This document shows positions 1 to 8,802 of a stretch of 32,827 nt of DNA, piece after piece (position 1 is the stretch's first letter; the number at the start of each line of letters is the position of its first letter). A program made the translations under genes and the position numbers. The stretch is from the NCBI GenBank assembly GCA_050014195.1, contig JBEKDT010000025.1, forward strand, positions 1 to 32,827, read 5' to 3'. The stretch comes from Desulfomonilia bacterium (GTDB lineage: Bacteria > Desulfobacterota > Desulfomonilia > UBA1062). The notes beneath the pieces are model-generated. The model was not told where the DNA came from, searched no databases, and saw only the letters and a list, made by a program, of their open reading frames with translations.

Positions 1-2
1 AA

Positions 3-140
3 AAGAAGCTTATACCGGTCTCGGAATACTTAAACGGACAGGGCAGGTTCAGACACCTCACCGACAAGGAGATCGAGCAGATACAGGCCAAGGTCAGCCA
101 CGATTATGAGAGGATCTTGAAGCTGAGTGAAGAGGGGTAG
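3..140 (+). CDS. 3' end of pyruvate/2-oxoacid:ferredoxin oxidoreductase beta subunit (partial)
   Basis: Frame 3 reads KKLIPVSEYLNGQGRFRHLTDKEIEQIQAKVSHDYERILKLSEEG*. PVxEYLxxQGRFRHL is the typical PorB-family C-terminus. TAG at 138-140. Confidence 0.7.
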   Translation, partial: KKLIPVSEYLNGQGRFRHLTDKEIEQIQAKVSHDYERILKLSEEG

Positions 141-142
141 GT

Positions 143-246
143 CATGGAGTTTTAGGTCTTAAATTTGAAGTTTTAAGAAGGACACGTTTACCTAGGTGTA
201 TTGGAGCTATTACTTCAAACCTAAAACTTAAAACCTAAAACTCATG
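143..246. repeat. Inverted pair of heptamer tandem arrays (TTTTAGG/TTTTAAG vs CCTAAAA/CTTAAAA)
   Basis: Left units TTTTAGG TCTTAAA TTTGAAG TTTTAAG (150-177); right units CTTCAAA CCTAAAA CTTAAAA CCTAAAA (213-240); both arms flanked by CATG. Can fold into an imperfect hairpin right after the upstream stop. Confidence 0.8.
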
Positions 247-458
247 TATTCTTAGGTTAAATAACCTGAGTATCGTCTTGCCAGCCGCTCATTGCTGATT
301 GGTAAACCTATTGCCATGACCGTCCTTGACAAAGCCTATGAAATGACTCTATTGAGGGCTGGTTGCCCCTGTGCTTAACATGGCGCATGTTGTCTTATAA
401 AGCAGCATAGTGTGTCTGATATGTGTTTGATACCGTAGTGTGTTTATGGCGCCCCACA

Positions 459-487
459 TTGACGGTGCAGCAGATATTGGATAGCAT
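459..487 (+). promoter_or_regulatory. Putative sigma70 promoter of ffh
   Basis: TTGACG (459-464), 17 bp spacer, TAGCAT (482-487); GGGAG Shine-Dalgarno before ATG 520. Confidence 0.55.
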
Positions 488-519
488 AGAGTTTCTTTAG
501 ATCTTATGGGAGAGCGAGC

Positions 520-1989
520 ATGCTAGAGCTGATTTCTGATGGATTTCGCAAAGCCCAGAATATCTTTCAGGGCAAGGTTACCATCCAGGAAAAGCACATC
601 GAGGACGCCATAAAAGAGATCCGGATCTCGCTGCTGGAAGCAGATGTGGAATTCCATGTCGTCAAAGAGTTCATCGACAACGTAAAGAACAAGGCCCTCG
701 GTGAGATTGTTCATACAAAAGTCGCCCATGGCGGCAAGAAGCTGAAGATTTCCCCTGAGCAACACTTCGTCAAGATCTGTTACGACGAACTCGTGGGTAT
801 CATGGGGCCGGTGGATACCTCCCTGAAACTCTCCGGCCGGACAGTGAACGCCATTATGATGGTAGGGCTCCAGGGAAGCGGCAAGACCACAACAACTGCC
901 AAGATTGCCAGATTCATACAGAAGAAAGGCAAGAGGCCAATGATGGTGGCTGCGGACATCTACCGACCCGCCGCCATCGACCAGCTGAAGGTCTTAGGGA
1001 ACCGTCTGGATATACCCGTATTCTCTGCCGCAGGCAAGACCCCGCCGCTGATCTGCAAAGATGCCATGGAGGCTGCCCAGATCAAGGGCTGCGACGTTGT
1101 AATCTTTGATACGGCCGGCAGGACCATCCTTGATGACACCCTTATGTCGGAGTTGGAGGAGATCAAAGCAGCTACAAGCCCGGAAAACATCCTCCTTGTC
1201 GTGGATGCCATGATCGGCCAGGAGTCTGTAAATGTAGCCAGGGAGTTTGATCGGAGGCTCGATTTATCGGGCTTTATCCTTACAAAGCTCGACGGTGATG
1301 CCAGGGGTGGCGCAGCGCTGTCCATCAAGGAGGTCACCAAGAAGCCTGTGAAATTCCTCGGCATCGGCGAGTCACTGGACAAGCTTGAGGAATTCCGGCC
1401 TGAAGGGCTCGCGTCGCGTATACTCGGTCATGGCGATATTGTGGGACTGGTCAAGGACTTTGAAGAAGTCATTGATGAGAAGAAAGCCGAGGAAGACGCT
1501 GCAAAACTCCTGCGCGGAGATTTCTCTTTTGATGATTTTCTCAAACAGCTCAAGATGATGAAGAAGATGGGATCGCTTACCGATATCATCGGTAAGCTGC
1601 CTCTGGGTCAGTTCGGGCTGCCCCATGGTGTCCAGGTTGATGACCGGGAGATCGTGCGGGTGGAAGCCATCATCAATTCCATGACAGCCTATGAGCGGGA
1701 AAACCCGGACAGCCTGAACGATAGCCGAATCGGCCGCATAGCCAAGGGATGCGGCCAGCCCAAGCAGAGGATTATGGACTTGATCGGTAGGTTCAATACC
1801 ATGAGGCAGATTATGCAAGGTTTGGGCTCGGGCAAGAAAAAAGTCCTGGGCAGGCTCGGGGTGAACCCGAACATCGGCAACCTCCTGGAGAAGGGAGCCC
1901 CTAAGCTGCCGAAGAAAAATCTTGTGGATCTGAAGCAACGAAAGAACAGAAAGAAGTCGGCAAAGAAGGCGAAGAAACGAAACCGCTGA
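520..1989 (+). CDS. ffh: Signal recognition particle protein Ffh (SRP54)
   Basis: LLEADV N-domain motif; GLQGSGKTTT, DIYRPAA, DTAGR and TKLDGDARGGAALS GTPase motifs; Met-rich M domain with AIINSMT; basic tail. Confidence 0.97.
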   Translation: MLELISDGFRKAQNIFQGKVTIQEKHIEDAIKEIRISLLEADVEFHVVKEFIDNVKNKALGEIVHTKVAHGGKKLKISPEQHFVKICYDELVGIMGPVDTSLKLSGRTVNAIMMVGLQGSGKTTTTAKIARFIQKKGKRPMMVAADIYRPAAIDQLKVLGNRLDIPVFSAAGKTPPLICKDAMEAAQIKGCDVVIFDTAGRTILDDTLMSELEEIKAATSPENILLVVDAMIGQESVNVAREFDRRLDLSGFILTKLDGDARGGAALSIKEVTKKPVKFLGIGESLDKLEEFRPEGLASRILGHGDIVGLVKDFEEVIDEKKAEEDAAKLLRGDFSFDDFLKQLKMMKKMGSLTDIIGKLPLGQFGLPHGVQVDDREIVRVEAIINSMTAYERENPDSLNDSRIGRIAKGCGQPKQRIMDLIGRFNTMRQIMQGLGSGKKKVLGRLGVNPNIGNLLEKGAPKLPKKNLVDLKQRKNRKKSAKKAKKRNR

Positions 1990-2006
1990 AAGGGATATGG
2001 GAGACC

Positions 2007-3983
2007 ATGGAGAGCAAGGAACTGATCATCTTCCGAAGGATCAACGAAGCCATTTCCCTTTCTCCTGATGTTGAGGCTGTGGCACGGGCTATCCTGGATA
2101 TCGTCATCGATGAGACGCCTGCAGAAAATGCCTCTATCATGATGGCAACATCAGATAACAGCAAACTCGAGATCAAGGCTGCCAAGGGCAGGAAAGACAA
2201 AAGAAGCCGCTATTCGGAGAAATCGCTCGGCCAGGTGTTTACGCTCGGCGAAGGTATTGCCGGGGTGGTGGCGCAAAAAGGCAAGCCTGTCATTATCCAC
2301 GATACCTCAAGAGACATGAGGTTCAAGGCCGGGAATAACAAGGTCAAAATCGGCACCATCTTGAGCCTGCCGCTTATCTACAGTAAGGATGAGCTTGTGG
2401 GTGTGCTCAATCTGAGCCATCCCAAGGCCCATGCCTTTGAAGACGATGACCTTCGCGTGCTTTCGGCATTGCTTTCGCCTGCAGCCCTGGCGTTGCGCAA
2501 TGCCAAGCTCATGAGGGAAGTCGATGAGATCAATAAAATGCTCAAGGCAGAGCTTTCCATGACCGACAAGGCAATGCTGGAGTTCGGCAGGAGCATTTTA
2601 AAGGTGTTTAACTGGATGTCCATGGGAATGCTGACCACTGACCCGAAGGGTATCATCACCACCATGAACAAAAGGGCATCAGAGATGATCGGTAAGAAAA
2701 CGGGGGAAAGCCTGGCCGATATTGTAGGCGATTCAGTGATTCAAAGGATTGTGTCCGACAAAGAGGGGACGACGCTTGATGTTGAGTTAAGGGGGAAGAT
2801 ATTCAGCTTTGACCTCTCACCCTTGCCGCTGAAACCAGCCTGGCAGGTGGTGGCGTGCATCAGGGACGTGACCGTTGAACGTTTCAAGGAAAAAGAGCTT
2901 GTCCGTGTCAAAGACCAATATAAGGACATGGTTGAAAAGGCTATTGATGCAGTCTATATCATCAAGAACGGCCGTTTCCTGCTCGTAAACAGAAAGTTTC
3001 AGGAGATGCTCGGCTATGAGCAGGACGAGATCCTGAACAGGCATTTCAGGCGCATCGTGACCAGAGACTCTATCCATACCCTTGCGGATTCTCTCCGGAC
3101 CCAGAAAGGGAATATCTTTGTACCCAATCTTGAGATCCAGGCAATACGCAAGGACGGCCAGAAGATCTATCTTGAGATTTCCATCGGCAGGCTGATGATA
3201 GATGACGATGAGTGTTATGTAGGCGTGGTCCGCGATATTACCAGTAAAAAAGAGCTCCTCTCCTTAAAGACCAGGTTTTTGAATGTGGCATCCCACGAGA
3301 TCCGGGTTCCCCTGACCGTGATCAGGGGGTACGGCAGGATGCTCGCCCGGGACAAGGAATGCGTGCTTACCGATGGGCAGCAGGAGTGTATCGACGAGAT
3401 TGAGAAGCAGTGCGAGAAGCTGCTGGGCTTTTCCAACTCATTGCTGGATTTTGCCAAAATCCATTCCGAGAAGTTCAGCCTGAACCGGGAGAAAGTCGTA
3501 GTCGGAGACTTTATTCGTGGAATCGTGCGGAACATGCAGATCAGCGCTTGCGAAAAGAAAATAACCATCAGCTTTGAGGACCATGGAGGGGTTGACACCC
3601 TGGATATTGACCCCATCCGATTCGAACAGGCCCTTACAAACCTCATCGACAATGCCGTCAAACACTCGCCTGAGTCATCTGTGGTAACGGTGAGTCTTGC
3701 CAAGGCAAAATTCGATAGTGAGGCCTTACGGATGCTCTTGAACCAGGAGTGCGCCGTCATTTCCGTGCGTGACCAGGGCCCGGGCATCAGGGCCGAAGAG
3801 GCTCGAGAGCTCTTTAATGATTTTTTCGTGGGTACCAGCGGCAGGGCCAAGGGCGGCATAGGGCTCGGGCTTGCCATCACCAAAGAGATCATACACGCCC
3901 ACGGAGGCCAGGTGGAGGCCAAGGCCTCGGATACGGGAGGGCATTTCATCATCACAATACCCTTGAAGTGGCAGGATTATTAA
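2007..3983 (+). CDS. Cytoplasmic sensor histidine kinase (GAF-PAS-PAS-HisKA-HATPase)
   Basis: GAF (GEGIAGVVA..PL..VGVLNL); PAS with VRDIT; H-box ASHEIRVPL, N-box NLIDNAVKHS, G1 DQGPGI, G2 GIGLGLAI; no transmembrane segment seen. Confidence 0.93.
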   Translation: MESKELIIFRRINEAISLSPDVEAVARAILDIVIDETPAENASIMMATSDNSKLEIKAAKGRKDKRSRYSEKSLGQVFTLGEGIAGVVAQKGKPVIIHDTSRDMRFKAGNNKVKIGTILSLPLIYSKDELVGVLNLSHPKAHAFEDDDLRVLSALLSPAALALRNAKLMREVDEINKMLKAELSMTDKAMLEFGRSILKVFNWMSMGMLTTDPKGIITTMNKRASEMIGKKTGESLADIVGDSVIQRIVSDKEGTTLDVELRGKIFSFDLSPLPLKPAWQVVACIRDVTVERFKEKELVRVKDQYKDMVEKAIDAVYIIKNGRFLLVNRKFQEMLGYEQDEILNRHFRRIVTRDSIHTLADSLRTQKGNIFVPNLEIQAIRKDGQKIYLEISIGRLMIDDDECYVGVVRDITSKKELLSLKTRFLNVASHEIRVPLTVIRGYGRMLARDKECVLTDGQQECIDEIEKQCEKLLGFSNSLLDFAKIHSEKFSLNREKVVVGDFIRGIVRNMQISACEKKITISFEDHGGVDTLDIDPIRFEQALTNLIDNAVKHSPESSVVTVSLAKAKFDSEALRMLLNQECAVISVRDQGPGIRAEEARELFNDFFVGTSGRAKGGIGLGLAITKEIIHAHGGQVEAKASDTGGHFIITIPLKWQDY

Positions 3984-4014
3984 TGTATTTTATATCAGGT
4001 ATTCTCTAGGGTTA

Positions 4015-5439
4015 ATGATGATAAAAGAAAATATCAGGATACTTGTCGTAGACGATGACGAAAGCATACGAAGGTATGTCGTCAAGTTACTCAGCCAGGG
4101 CGGGTACGATGTCTATGCAGTCGCAAGCGGCAAGGACGCCCTGCAGGAATTGAGGGCGGGCCAGGAATTCTCACTGGTCATCCTGGACATCCTCATGCCT
4201 GATATGGACGGGCTGGAGACACTCAGCGAAATCAGGAAGATATCCAAGGACCTTCCGGTCCTCATGCTCAGCGCACTGGGACAGACCACCATTATCGTAA
4301 AGGCTATGAAAGCGGGCGCCACCGATTATCTGGTTAAGCCTTTCGAGGAAGAAGAGCTCGATCTCGCCATCATCAAGTCTCTGGAAAAGAGGAAGCTGCT
4401 CTCCGAGATATCAAGTCTGAGAAAGCAGCTCAGGGTGGATGAGCTCAAGGGCGATTTTATTTACAACAGTCCCAAGATGCAGAAGGTCAAAGAGCTCACC
4501 GACCAGGTGGCTGAGACGGATGTGAGCGTACTCATCGAGGGTGAGAGCGGCACAGGTAAGGAACTTGTAGCACGAGCACTCCACTATAAATCACGCATTA
4601 AGGACAAACCTTTTGTCAAGGTCAACTGTGCCGCCTTGCCCCATGAACTCCTGGAGTCTGAGCTCTTCGGCTATGAGAGAGGTGCCTTCACCGGGGCGTA
4701 CCGTTCCAAACCAGGCAAGTTTGAGCTTGCCAACAACGGCACTATTTTTCTTGATGAGATTGCCGAGATGGATCTCGGTATCCAGTCCAAGCTTCTCCAG
4801 GTACTCCAGGAAGGCAGCTTTTCACGTCTTGGCGGCAAACTGGACGTACAGGTGAATGTCCGGGTGATCGCTGCCACAAACAGAGATCTGAAGAAGGCCA
4901 TAGAGCAGGGGACCTTTAGGGAGGATATCTATTACCGGCTGAATGTCGTGAATATTCATATACCTCCGCTGACCGAACGCAGAGAGGATATCACGTACCT
5001 GTTTGAGTATTTTCTGGATACGTACAACGAGAAGTACGGCAAGAATATCCAGGTCAACAAGGAGGATATCTATCCCATGCTGGTGTCCTATCAATGGCCG
5101 GGTAATGTACGAGAGCTGAAGAATCAGGTCAAACGCCTCGTGATCCTTGGTAACATTGAGGAGATGATACAATATCTGAAAGGCGGCGTCACTCCGGTTG
5201 TAGAGAAGCGGCCGCAAGAATTCAAGGACCGGGGTCTTGAAATGGTTGCATCGAGCGACCCGGCCGAGATCATACCGCTCAAAGTCGCAGCCAAGGAGGC
5301 TACGCTGAAGGCTGAGAGGGAAATGATCCTGAGGGCATTGCGTGGGACAAACTGGAATAAGAAAAAGGCTGCAAATCTCCTCCAGGTGAGCTATAAGGCA
5401 CTCCTCTACAAAATCAAGGAATGCGGGATTGAGAAATGA
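4015..5439 (+). CDS. Sigma54-dependent response regulator (NtrC family)
   Basis: REC (LVVDDD, LDILMP, KPF); AAA with GESGTGKE, ESELFG, GAFTGA, FLDEI, WPGNVREL; Fis-type HTH. Confidence 0.96.
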   Translation: MMIKENIRILVVDDDESIRRYVVKLLSQGGYDVYAVASGKDALQELRAGQEFSLVILDILMPDMDGLETLSEIRKISKDLPVLMLSALGQTTIIVKAMKAGATDYLVKPFEEEELDLAIIKSLEKRKLLSEISSLRKQLRVDELKGDFIYNSPKMQKVKELTDQVAETDVSVLIEGESGTGKELVARALHYKSRIKDKPFVKVNCAALPHELLESELFGYERGAFTGAYRSKPGKFELANNGTIFLDEIAEMDLGIQSKLLQVLQEGSFSRLGGKLDVQVNVRVIAATNRDLKKAIEQGTFREDIYYRLNVVNIHIPPLTERREDITYLFEYFLDTYNEKYGKNIQVNKEDIYPMLVSYQWPGNVRELKNQVKRLVILGNIEEMIQYLKGGVTPVVEKRPQEFKDRGLEMVASSDPAEIIPLKVAAKEATLKAEREMILRALRGTNWNKKKAANLLQVSYKALLYKIKECGIEK

Positions 5440-5452
5440 AAGGAGGCTGGTA

Positions 5453-5995
5453 ATGAAAAGGCATGTCTGGTGTCTGCTCTTGTGTATATTGCTTCCTTTA
5501 CATGTGATGGCCAAGGAATCGGCCTATCTAATCGGTACATCCGATCTGTTGGAGATATCAGTCTGGGGTGAGCAGAACCTTTCGAGACAGGTCACCGTGA
5601 GGATGGACGGGTTTATATCTTTACCGCTTATTGGTGATATCGAGGCCGCCGGGAAGACACCAACCCAACTTAAATCTGATCTGGAATCCGGGCTATCGAA
5701 ATTCATCAAGGACCCACATTGCGCAGTAATCGTACTGGAACCCAGGAGTAAACGCTATTACGTACAGGGCCAAGTATCCCATCCGGGACAATTTACCCTT
5801 GATCAAAGCCTTAGCCTAACCCAGGTGATACCAATAGCCGGCGGGTTTACCCAATGGTCGGATGAAGGCAATATAGTGATTCTCCGGACAGAAGGGGACA
5901 AGGAACAGAGAATAAAGGTAGATTATAAAAAGATCCTTAAGGGTAAGGCCGAAGATGTCCCCATCAAACCGGGAGATACCATTATAGTCCCGTGA
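5453..5995 (+). CDS. Short polysaccharide export (OPX/Wza-like) protein, Poly_export + SLBB
   Basis: AGGAGG at 5441 then ATG 5453; signal peptide without lipobox; VRMDGFISLPLIGDIEAAGKT Poly_export motif; GQVSHPG..AGG SLBB; ends at IKPGDTIIVP with no C-terminal outer-membrane helix. Confidence 0.9.
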   Translation: MKRHVWCLLLCILLPLHVMAKESAYLIGTSDLLEISVWGEQNLSRQVTVRMDGFISLPLIGDIEAAGKTPTQLKSDLESGLSKFIKDPHCAVIVLEPRSKRYYVQGQVSHPGQFTLDQSLSLTQVIPIAGGFTQWSDEGNIVILRTEGDKEQRIKVDYKKILKGKAEDVPIKPGDTIIVP

Positions 5996-7260
5996 AGAAG
6001 CTTTCAATCCTTGGTATACTTGGCATGGCTTCAGTACTGTCGCCGGGCCTTGATCTTATGGCCTATACCTTTGAGGCTCATCCCGGCCTTTATACATCCT
6101 ATGAGTATACGGACAACTACCTTGGGGCTGTACGTGATGCAAAGAGTGACAGCATCTATTATGTAGGGCCGAGCCTGGAGTTATTATGTGCTTCCCCTGA
6201 TGCGAACATCGACCTCACCGGGCATTATACCAAGAGCTTCCACCAGCGGTTTTCTGAGTATGACTACCCCGAGGTTGACCTTGCATCCCATGCATCGTTC
6301 ACGATGCCTGGGCAGACCATCCAGATGGCATACGGATATGCGCAAACAGAGACACGGGAATTCCTGACCGAGCCCTTAGGCGAGGAAAAGAGTAACACCG
6401 GGAGCATCGGATACACAGATGCACTTACCCAGAATACCAGCATGAATGCCGGCTGCAACATTGTGACTGAAACCTGGAGCGTTCCCCATGAGAAGGCGAC
6501 AACTTCTGCTAATCAAGATGAAACAACCATTGGCGGGAATGTGGGCATCATCCATCAGTTGACTCCACGGGACACGATATCGCTGACGGCACGTCAAGAC
6601 CGATATAATTATCAGATAAGTCCTGATGTTGTTGGAACCAATTGCGGGCTCCACGTCTCTCACTCCATCTCGCCTTCATTCAGTCTTAATTCTGACATCG
6701 TGTATAATAATTATAAAAGGGAGACTCCGGGTAATATTGATAACCAGGGTGGGCTGCCGGGTGATGAAGATCGATATGATGCCAAACTTTCCGGGCAGTA
6801 TGCGATTGACCGATCCACAACCGTGATTGTAGGGGGTGGCTACAGCTGGCTATCAATGGTGGGCCATGACCATACAGCATACTCAGCAAATGCATCCCTT
6901 GAAAAGGTGGTGGATAAAAATCGGTTTTCCTTGCAGGTATCAAAACAGTTGTCAGCTGAGTTCGCCATGGACCAGAACCTCTATGGTAACTATAACAGCA
7001 CTACCGCGTCGCTTCTCTGGGAAAGACATTGGCTTGAGAAATTGTCTACCAAAATGAGTATGAGCCTGGACAATGAAAGGCCCATCGGCAGTACACAGGG
7101 TGAGAATGAAACGATTTCCGGCGCCAATTTAACCCTTACCTGGGCACCCATTAAGTATCTCACAGCGAATCTTATGTATGATCATCTTCAGACAAAATAC
7201 GAGACTTCAGGAACGGCTCGCGAAAACCGATATAGGACGATGGTGGAGGTACGGTATTGA
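5992..7260 (+). CDS. Outer-membrane beta-barrel associated with polysaccharide export
   Basis: GTG overlaps the OPX stop; signal peptide; YEYTDN N-terminal strand; alternating amphipathic strands; terminal aromatic residue (VEVRY) fits a BAM signal; position between OPX and co-polymerase. Confidence 0.75.
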   Translation: MKKLSILGILGMASVLSPGLDLMAYTFEAHPGLYTSYEYTDNYLGAVRDAKSDSIYYVGPSLELLCASPDANIDLTGHYTKSFHQRFSEYDYPEVDLASHASFTMPGQTIQMAYGYAQTETREFLTEPLGEEKSNTGSIGYTDALTQNTSMNAGCNIVTETWSVPHEKATTSANQDETTIGGNVGIIHQLTPRDTISLTARQDRYNYQISPDVVGTNCGLHVSHSISPSFSLNSDIVYNNYKRETPGNIDNQGGLPGDEDRYDAKLSGQYAIDRSTTVIVGGGYSWLSMVGHDHTAYSANASLEKVVDKNRFSLQVSKQLSAEFAMDQNLYGNYNSTTASLLWERHWLEKLSTKMSMSLDNERPIGSTQGENETISGANLTLTWAPIKYLTANLMYDHLQTKYETSGTARENRYRTMVEVRY

Positions 7261-8792
7261 TGGAACAGAAAAGGGCCATAAGCATACAGGATCTCACGAA
7301 TGCCCTCATTAAGAAGTGGTATTGGGTGAGCATGCCGCTGGTATTCTTCATCCTGGCGGGGATCTGGTTTTTTATTGTATTGCCAAAGGCCTATGAGGCC
7401 ACTACGTTAATCCTTGTGCAGCCCCAGGAGATCCCGACTAGCTATGTGCAGGCAACGGTAAGCGAAGGGGCGGGAGAACAGGTGAGGACCTTATCCCAGG
7501 AGGTTCTGTCCCGGTCGAACCTTGAGTCCGTCATCAAGGAGATGAATTTATTCGCCCTGGAGAGGAGGAGGGGTACACCCATGGATGTCCTCATCGCCTC
7601 ATTGCGCAGGATGATCACTATAACCACCAATGAGGGCCAAAGGGGCGCAACGAGCTCGTTTACTATAACCTACCGCGGGGAAAACCAAAAAAATGTGGCT
7701 GATGTGACCAACCGGCTGTCCTCTTATTTTATTGACAGCAATCTCAAGCTCAGGGCACGGCGGGCCTCCGAGACCACAGAGTTTCTGCAGAAGCAGCTCG
7801 AAGAACTGAAGGTCCTGCTGAGCCAGGAGGAGGCCAAGGTGCAGGAATACCGGAACCGGTACCTTGGTGAGCTCCCGGACCAGCTTAATAGCAACGTCTC
7901 CACAATCACGAGCCTCCAGATGCGTCTCGAATCACTCCAGACCTCGCTCACAGAGGCCATGAACCGGAGACTTACCATCCAGAGCCAACTCTCCCAAGCC
8001 GAATCCGGCACACCGGGCACCTCATCACAGAGGGGCATACGTCTGGCTGATCTGAGGAACCAGCTTGAGGAGATGAGGTCGAAGTACACATCCGATTATC
8101 CGGAGATCAAGAGACTTGAAAATCAGATATCTGAGTTCGAGAAGCATCCTGAAAAAGCCTCGAATGTCCTGATAGACCCACGGGTGGCTGATCTGAAAAA
8201 CCAGCTCAACAATGCAACCATGGAGGTAGATACGATCCGCAATGATGTAAACCGGATAAGGGCGCAGGTAGAACACTATCAGGGCCGGGTGGAGGACACG
8301 CCCAAGAGAGAGCAGGAGATCGCCGGGCTCACCCGGGACTATAATATAACACAACAGAACTACCAGAAGCTTCTGGATAGATATTATGAGGCCAAGCGTG
8401 CGGAGGACATGGAAAAGAGACAGCAGGGGGAACAGTTCAGGATTGTGGATTTCGCCGTACCCCCCCAAACGCCTGTGAGCCCAGATCCGATGAGGATTGC
8501 CCTTATATTTATTGCCCTTGGGTTGGGAACCGGTGCCGGGATCATCGTGATGCTCGAAATGCTCGATACTACCGTCAAGGGGGTCAAGCAGCTTGAGCTA
8601 TGGTCCGGCAACATTCCGTGCATCACGATGATTCCTCTGGCCCAGACCGAAAGCGACAAGCGCAGGGAACGGCTCATGAATATTATGTTCCTTGGCATAA
8701 ACGGCGCCATCTTCTTGGCGGGCACAACGATAATAATCATCTCAAAATTCAGCAACCTTGTCCTTAACCTGCCGGTGCCCCTTCCGTTTTAG
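7257..8792 (+). CDS. Polysaccharide co-polymerase / chain-length determinant (Wzc N-terminal/GumC-like)
   Basis: N-terminal TM, LPKAYEATTLILV, long coiled coil, RIVDFAVPPQTPVSP followed by a Gly-rich TM, plus an extra hydrophobic segment near the C-terminus. Confidence 0.92.
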   Translation: MMEQKRAISIQDLTNALIKKWYWVSMPLVFFILAGIWFFIVLPKAYEATTLILVQPQEIPTSYVQATVSEGAGEQVRTLSQEVLSRSNLESVIKEMNLFALERRRGTPMDVLIASLRRMITITTNEGQRGATSSFTITYRGENQKNVADVTNRLSSYFIDSNLKLRARRASETTEFLQKQLEELKVLLSQEEAKVQEYRNRYLGELPDQLNSNVSTITSLQMRLESLQTSLTEAMNRRLTIQSQLSQAESGTPGTSSQRGIRLADLRNQLEEMRSKYTSDYPEIKRLENQISEFEKHPEKASNVLIDPRVADLKNQLNNATMEVDTIRNDVNRIRAQVEHYQGRVEDTPKREQEIAGLTRDYNITQQNYQKLLDRYYEAKRAEDMEKRQQGEQFRIVDFAVPPQTPVSPDPMRIALIFIALGLGTGAGIIVMLEMLDTTVKGVKQLELWSGNIPCITMIPLAQTESDKRRERLMNIMFLGINGAIFLAGTTIIIISKFSNLVLNLPVPLPF

Positions 8793-8802
8793 CGGATGAT
8801 CC

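Noticed and set aside
381-464. TGGCGC motifs as sigma54 promoters
   Set aside because: No GC at the required GG-N10-GC spacing.
247-519. Possible SRP RNA (ffs) upstream of ffh
   Set aside because: No CAGG-N-GGAA-N-AGCAG domain IV motif or long hairpin found by eye; an Infernal/Rfam scan would settle it.
3215-5514. Long - strand ORFs (246 aa, 230 aa) and other short overlapping ORFs across the window
   Set aside because: They lie opposite or out of frame to genes with clear family motifs and have no recognisable features.
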